DNA of 20,000 nucleotides from an uncultured virus (IMG/VR IMGVR_UViG_3300020036_002912) (lineage: Duplodnaviria; Heunggongvirae; Uroviricota; Caudoviricetes): IMG/VR virus record IMGVR_UViG_3300020036_002912. The stretch is one strand, 5' to 3'. Positions within the stretch are counted from its first letter, which is position 1. Each line of letters begins with the position of its first letter. Under the pieces are notes generated by a model that saw nothing but the letters and a program-made list of their open reading frames with translations, was not told the origin of the DNA and searched no databases. Of the stretch, positions 16,250 through 20,000 are shown piece by piece. The position numbers and the translations under genes are program-made.

Positions 16250-16709
16250 CTTGTTTCTTTTTAATTATGCTTGAATAATGTGTTATGTGGTATTCGTCCG
16301 GTGTCAGTACGTGTATTCCTAATTCTTCACAGTGTGCCAGTACTCTCTCTAAAAACTCACTCACTTCACTTACTGACATTTCTGATAATCCTCTGTGTTT
16401 CTTTACTTCGTACCTTTCGTTGGGTAGAACAATCATCCGCCGATAGGATCTGAATTTATCTTCAAAATAGATGTCTATGTCATCGGATTTATCAAAGTGT
16501 GAGAACCATTCAGATTCATGGCACGTTGGTAGTATTCCTCCGAAATAGTATCCGAACTGATCGGCGGATGCTTTTCTGTGTTTTTCTTTAATAACAACAT
16601 CCACTTGTTTACCTTCCAATTGATATAAATTGTTCCGGTAAAGCTCTTGGTTATAGTAAAGTATTTTACCGTTCACCACCTTAGCTTGATGTTTTATTGT
16701 TGGTTTCAT
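16227..16709 (-). CDS. NinB/Orf-like recombination accessory protein
   Basis: RKASADQFGYYFG resembles RSxxQNxxxW, and GLSEMSVSEVSEFLERVLAHCEELGI resembles STSxLxxxEFxxxIExIxAxxxExG. Confidence 0.65.
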   Translation of the reverse strand: MKPTIKHQAKVVNGKILYYNQELYRNNLYQLEGKQVDVVIKEKHRKASADQFGYYFGGILPTCHESEWFSHFDKSDDIDIYFEDKFRSYRRMIVLPNERYEVKKHRGLSEMSVSEVSEFLERVLAHCEELGIHVLTPDEYHITHYSSIIKKKQDETTTNP

Positions 16710-17131
16710 ACCTCTAAATACTCCACAAAATCTCCCTGTAAAGAACCTTCGTTGCGATCAGGGTCATCTGAGTGTACTGGTTTAATTGATTCGTTAATAC
16801 ACACTGAGGTATCAAATAAAACATAATCTGTCGTGCCTTGTGATTGGAAGTCTTTTACCTTCACTATCTCGCGGATGTATCCCCACACTTTCTTACCAAC
16901 TAAATCTTTTTTCTGTATTTGCATATCAGGATCAAGATCAATTTGAATAAGCATTTTATTAAGCTTTTTATTGCCTATTTTGAATGTTTGTTCGTGGATG
17001 TGTCCGTCGGTGATGAAAGATATAAGTATCGTATTCTCATCAATAGGCTTAGCGTTGCGGATAGTCATCAAGTGAATACCGGCATACACCTCTTTACGGC
17101 AGATTATGTTTATGTAAGTACTTCTGCTCAT
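16706..17131 (-). CDS. Hypothetical protein, possibly OB-fold (DUF669-like)
   Basis: 141 aa, ATGA-coupled to the next gene. YAGIHLMTIRNA...ILISF...DLVGKKVWGYI loosely recalls DUF669-type proteins, which is weak evidence. Confidence 0.5.
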   Translation of the reverse strand: MSRSTYINIICRKEVYAGIHLMTIRNAKPIDENTILISFITDGHIHEQTFKIGNKKLNKMLIQIDLDPDMQIQKKDLVGKKVWGYIREIVKVKDFQSQGTTDYVLFDTSVCINESIKPVHSDDPDRNEGSLQGDFVEYLEV

Positions 17132-17133
17132 TT

Positions 17134-17889
17134 TTAGAAGGGGAGATCGTCATCGTCTGCAGATCCAACAAATGTATCTTTAACAATATCTGGTTCTTTC
17201 TCACTTTCTTGCTTAACCACTTCCTGTTTAGGCTGGTCGGCTTTAGGTTCAGATTTTGTTTCAAATGAATCCACGCTTGTTTTGTTCTTTTCTAAGTATT
17301 CAACAAGGTATGCCTGTAATTCTTTGTCCATTTCAACCGCCGCGTTGTTAGATGCTTCTGACACCTTAATAGCTTCAAATACCGGCTCGAAATATTCAAC
17401 CTTACCTTTTTTCTTTGTGATTGCCGATTTAACATTAACGCCGATTTCCATGATTTTGTTTTCTTTACAGAAAGAGAACCAATTTTCAAGGGCAGCTCCA
17501 GACATCTTAATATTGCCTAATACGGGGTCTTTACCTTGGTAGAACATGATGTAAACTGATTGCGCGAAAGAAGCTCCTTTAGAGCTTAATTGAGCCTTAA
17601 CCTGCTCCCATGTGCCCTTTGCTTCAATTCCATTCTTAGAGCGCACTGTAAGGATGTCTTCTTTGATGTTTCTGATCTCGTTTGAATAATATCCGATGTT
17701 TTCAGGCTCGTTAAAGCCGGTCACGGTTGTTAGTCGATCAAGTATTAAGAATTTAAACGGTAACGGTGTTATCACATTCTTTTTGTTTTCTTTGTCGTAG
17801 GCTTTAAAACCTTTTCCGTCACCACCGTCCCACTGGAACCAGTGCTTACATGGATTTACGGCATTTTCATTTGGATTGCTTCTGCTCAT
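17134..17889 (-). CDS. Putative single-stranded DNA-binding protein
   Basis: 251 aa. Aromatic beta-rich core, low-complexity linker and the SSB-type acidic tail ADDDDLPF. Lies upstream of recombination genes and has its own promoter. Confidence 0.7.
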   Translation of the reverse strand: MSRSNPNENAVNPCKHWFQWDGGDGKGFKAYDKENKKNVITPLPFKFLILDRLTTVTGFNEPENIGYYSNEIRNIKEDILTVRSKNGIEAKGTWEQVKAQLSSKGASFAQSVYIMFYQGKDPVLGNIKMSGAALENWFSFCKENKIMEIGVNVKSAITKKKGKVEYFEPVFEAIKVSEASNNAAVEMDKELQAYLVEYLEKNKTSVDSFETKSEPKADQPKQEVVKQESEKEPDIVKDTFVGSADDDDLPF

Positions 17890-17932
17890 TGTTTTTGGAT
17901 TTTAAGTTATTATTATTGGTTAATTATTTGCA

Positions 17933-17963
17933 CAAATTTACAACATTTGATTTAAATATCAAA
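17933..17963 (-). promoter_or_regulatory. Bacteroidota primary-sigma promoter (-33 TTTG / -7 TAnnTTTG)
   Basis: Minus strand reads TTTG-atatttaaatcaaatgttg(19 nt)-TAAATTTG, ending 43 nt before the SSB-like ATG. Matches the TTTG-N19-21-TAnnTTTG consensus. Confidence 0.8.
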
Positions 17964-18420
17964 ATATATTTATCATTTTCATGATATTCTTTAGCTCGCT
18001 TTTGTTTTTAATCACTCCTCTAAAAAATCCTGTCTTTCCCCAAAGATCTTCATAAATAAAGCAATATCTATCTTTCCCGAATGAAATCTCCCATTTTCCG
18101 TGTAGCGTTGCGCCTTCGTATTCATAAGGTATATCTATCATTGCTTTAATCATGTTTTCGTCTTCAATTTCTATCACCCATCCAAGATCTTTTAGGTCGC
18201 TGCTATTTAACATTTTTGCCCTTACTTGTAATCCGCCTCCATCTAAATCATATTGTATTGTTCTAAATTCAGTTGTGAAGTTTTTTAAATCCCCATTAGA
18301 GAATATTCGTTTTTTAAACGAGCCATCATAATCAGAAAAGTATCCGTTTTTTATACATTCTTCATACTCAAACCCTACATGAAACTCCTCAATTGAAGGG
18401 GTGTAATATTTCTCTACCAT
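17959..18420 (-). CDS. Hypothetical phage protein
   Basis: 153 aa. N-terminal KYYTPSIEEFHVGFEYE and C-terminal FRGVIKNKSELK, recalled from uncharacterised Bacteroidota phage proteins. Confidence 0.7.
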   Translation of the reverse strand: MVEKYYTPSIEEFHVGFEYEECIKNGYFSDYDGSFKKRIFSNGDLKNFTTEFRTIQYDLDGGGLQVRAKMLNSSDLKDLGWVIEIEDENMIKAMIDIPYEYEGATLHGKWEISFGKDRYCFIYEDLWGKTGFFRGVIKNKSELKNIMKMINIF

Positions 18421-18689
18421 AATATATTTTCTTTTTTAAATCGTTTTTCTTTATAGATCTTTCTTTTTTTATCACGATCAAGCTTCTGCCGGCGCTTTTT
18501 ATTTGTTTTAACACGCCCTCCGTGGGTTTTAAATTCTCCCAATCCTGGCACTGTAAACTTCAGTATTCGTGCGTTACGTAGCTTCTTATTAATACTTTTC
18601 ACTATTCCTTGGACAATAAACCTAATCTCCTTCCGCGATCTGCCCGGAAACATTTTAAGTAAATCATCGGTTATTCTAACTACGCGCAT
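18414..18689 (-). CDS. HU/IHF-like basic DNA-binding protein (divergent)
   Basis: SRKEIRFIVQGIVKSINKKL...FTVPGLGEFK resembles HU/IHF helix 2 plus the GFGxF turn, followed by a very K/R-rich tail. Confidence 0.6.
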   Translation of the reverse strand: MRVVRITDDLLKMFPGRSRKEIRFIVQGIVKSINKKLRNARILKFTVPGLGEFKTHGGRVKTNKKRRQKLDRDKKRKIYKEKRFKKENILW

Positions 18690-19560
18690 TGATTAATAGT
18701 TCTTTTTTGTTATTTAACGTCGCCTGAATCTTATTTCTCATTAATTTCAAAGGGCTTCTTAAATCTGATTTTGCCAAGTGAATATAGGTTTCAGATGTTT
18801 TAATTGATTCGTGTCGCATAAATTCCTTAATCATCATTGAATTAAATCCGTTTTGGGCCATGTGTGTGCCAATTGAATGGCGAAATAAATGAGTGCTGCC
18901 ATGTTTGTTTATACCACAAACCTCCATAGCTCGGTGAAATATAATCTGAACTGATCGTGCTGAATACGTGTCTTTAAATTGTCCCTTAAACATTGGTTCG
19001 TTTTGCCCGAACTTATTGCCCATGTAAATAACTATTTCATCAGTTAACTCTTTTGGAACCGGAATAAGATCGTGTTTGGCCCCTTTACCTATAACCTTTA
19101 AATCATACTCGTTATTAACCATTATAAAGTCTCGCCAATTAACCTTAACAACTTCATGAACCCGGAGGCCACAATTATACATTAGCTTTAGAATAAGCCT
19201 TTGTTTATTGTTTTTTACAGCTTTAAAAATTGCATCGATCTCATAAACGGTTAGGTATTCAGGTAGTGATTTATGTTTTTTAGGAAACGGCATACCATTA
19301 AGTATGTAAGGAATTTCTAAAACATATTTATAGAAATTGTCTATCGTGCCACGTTGCTGTTTCAAGTAACTGTATGATTTAATACTTGATAAGAAGTCGC
19401 GTAACTGATCCTTTGTTATTTCGGGTGGATAAGTATCCCTCAATTCACACCAATCCAAAAAAACAATTAAGCACCCCATGTAGGTATTCATTGTATTTGG
19501 TAAAAGATTTTTGATCTTCAAAACCTTCCGGTATTCATTTATGTACTCTTCTTTTGTCAT
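18676..19560 (-). CDS. Tyrosine recombinase (XerC/D- or integron-integrase-related) with N-terminal core-binding domain
   Basis: Full catalytic set: R (YNCGLRVHE), K (GKGAK), HxxR (HLFRHS), H (MRHES), Y (TSETYIH). N-terminal NTMNTY...FL helical domain and KSLPEYLT linker. Confidence 0.92.
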   Translation of the reverse strand: MTKEEYINEYRKVLKIKNLLPNTMNTYMGCLIVFLDWCELRDTYPPEITKDQLRDFLSSIKSYSYLKQQRGTIDNFYKYVLEIPYILNGMPFPKKHKSLPEYLTVYEIDAIFKAVKNNKQRLILKLMYNCGLRVHEVVKVNWRDFIMVNNEYDLKVIGKGAKHDLIPVPKELTDEIVIYMGNKFGQNEPMFKGQFKDTYSARSVQIIFHRAMEVCGINKHGSTHLFRHSIGTHMAQNGFNSMMIKEFMRHESIKTSETYIHLAKSDLRSPLKLMRNKIQATLNNKKELLINARS

Positions 19561-19601
19561 CGTAAGTTATTGTAATTCACATAGCATTCCACAATCCTAT
19601 C

Positions 19602-19608
19602 GTTATGC
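19602..19608 (+). other. Candidate recombination core site GTTATGC (GCATAAC on the - strand)
   Basis: 5 nt from the methyltransferase stop and 41 nt upstream of the recombinase start. Resembles integron core/inverse-core sites. It is a single 7-mer and could be chance. Confidence 0.3.
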
Positions 19609-19613
19609 CCCAT

Positions 19614-20000
19614 TTAAAAAACGACAACCATACTATCGTGCATTGGGGCTGAACCCTTACCAACTCGCACTCCAAAGGTATTTACTCCTTCAAAAGCAAT
19701 TCTGCCTCTCACAAATCGAATTTCCTTTGCGTTTGGCTGTATGTAGTCGTGGAATAAAACAGTTGAAGTTGATACGGGCAAAAGCATTACGCAAAGTTTA
19801 CCTTTTTTGCTTTCATCAATTGCCCTCTTTACAAATGCTTCTTTTAATTTTCGGCTGTATGGTGGGTTTATGTAGTTTCTTTGCCCCCATTCAATTAATA
19901 ACCCGTCTTTATCGGGTGTTATTTCTCCATCATTAAAAGGACACGGATCAAAGTCAAAATTAAATTCAGCATTCAATTTGTCGTAAAAATCTTTTGGAGT
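19614..20000 (-). CDS. Phage Dam-family DNA N6-adenine methyltransferase (5' truncated by window edge)
   Basis: Frame is open to base 20000 (TPKDFYDKLNAEFNFDFDPCP...). Catalytic YINPPYS, then VMLLPVSTST and EIRFVRGRIAF, typical of small phage Dam-type methyltransferases. Confidence 0.88.
   Translation of the reverse strand, partial: TPKDFYDKLNAEFNFDFDPCPFNDGEITPDKDGLLIEWGQRNYINPPYSRKLKEAFVKRAIDESKKGKLCVMLLPVSTSTVLFHDYIQPNAKEIRFVRGRIAFEGVNTFGVRVGKGSAPMHDSMVVVF

Noticed and set aside
18676..19613. Recombinase marking a prophage end (attL/attR) or a canonical IntI with a full attC
   Set aside because: Phage-type genes continue on both sides, with no tRNA or host gene visible. The IntI-specific insertion seems absent and no complete paired R''/R' attC is present, so only the weaker integron-like hypothesis is kept.
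12872..19936. ORFs 12872-13126, 14826-15158, 16271-16453, 16919-17137, 17282-17542, 17292-17489 and 19511-19936
   Set aside because: Shadow frames of better-supported genes. 12872-13126 is the +1 frame over the collagen repeat.
1..20000. Stop-codon reassignment as in some Crassvirales
   Set aside because: Genes tile densely under code 11, and TAA, TAG (12061, 18414, 18676) and TGA (14652, 16706, 17959) all end genes at sensible junctions.
1..20000. tRNA, rRNA or other structured ncRNA genes
   Set aside because: Intergenic gaps are all under about 80 bp and are accounted for by promoters or terminators. No cloverleaf-like sequence was seen.

Overview
This window is a segment of a tailed dsDNA phage, most likely a podovirus-type (Crassvirales-like) phage of a Bacteroidota host, using the standard genetic code. 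Two modules converge on a bidirectional terminator at about 13607-13637. The + strand (1-13603) is a virion module: the 3' end of a probable tail/stabilisation gene, a moron-like exported protein with its own candidate promoter and terminator, three probable ejection/cargo proteins (876, 469 and 2218 aa, the last with an HExxH zincin motif), and three small Cys-rich proteins, one with a collagen-like repeat. The - strand (13639-20000) is an early/middle module: a partial Dam-type adenine methyltransferase, an intact tyrosine recombinase, an HU/IHF-like protein, an SSB-like protein, NinB-like, HTH, RusA-like and NinG/HNH proteins, and a GroES co-chaperonin. The most intriguing lead is the recombinase. 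It lies inside the phage operon, is coupled to the HU-like gene, and has an integron-like GTTATGC/GCATAAC core between its start and the stop of the methyltransferase gene. This could be the edge of a phage-borne gene-cassette array continuing beyond the window, which is a hypothesis only. All product calls come from reading motifs by eye, not from database searches.
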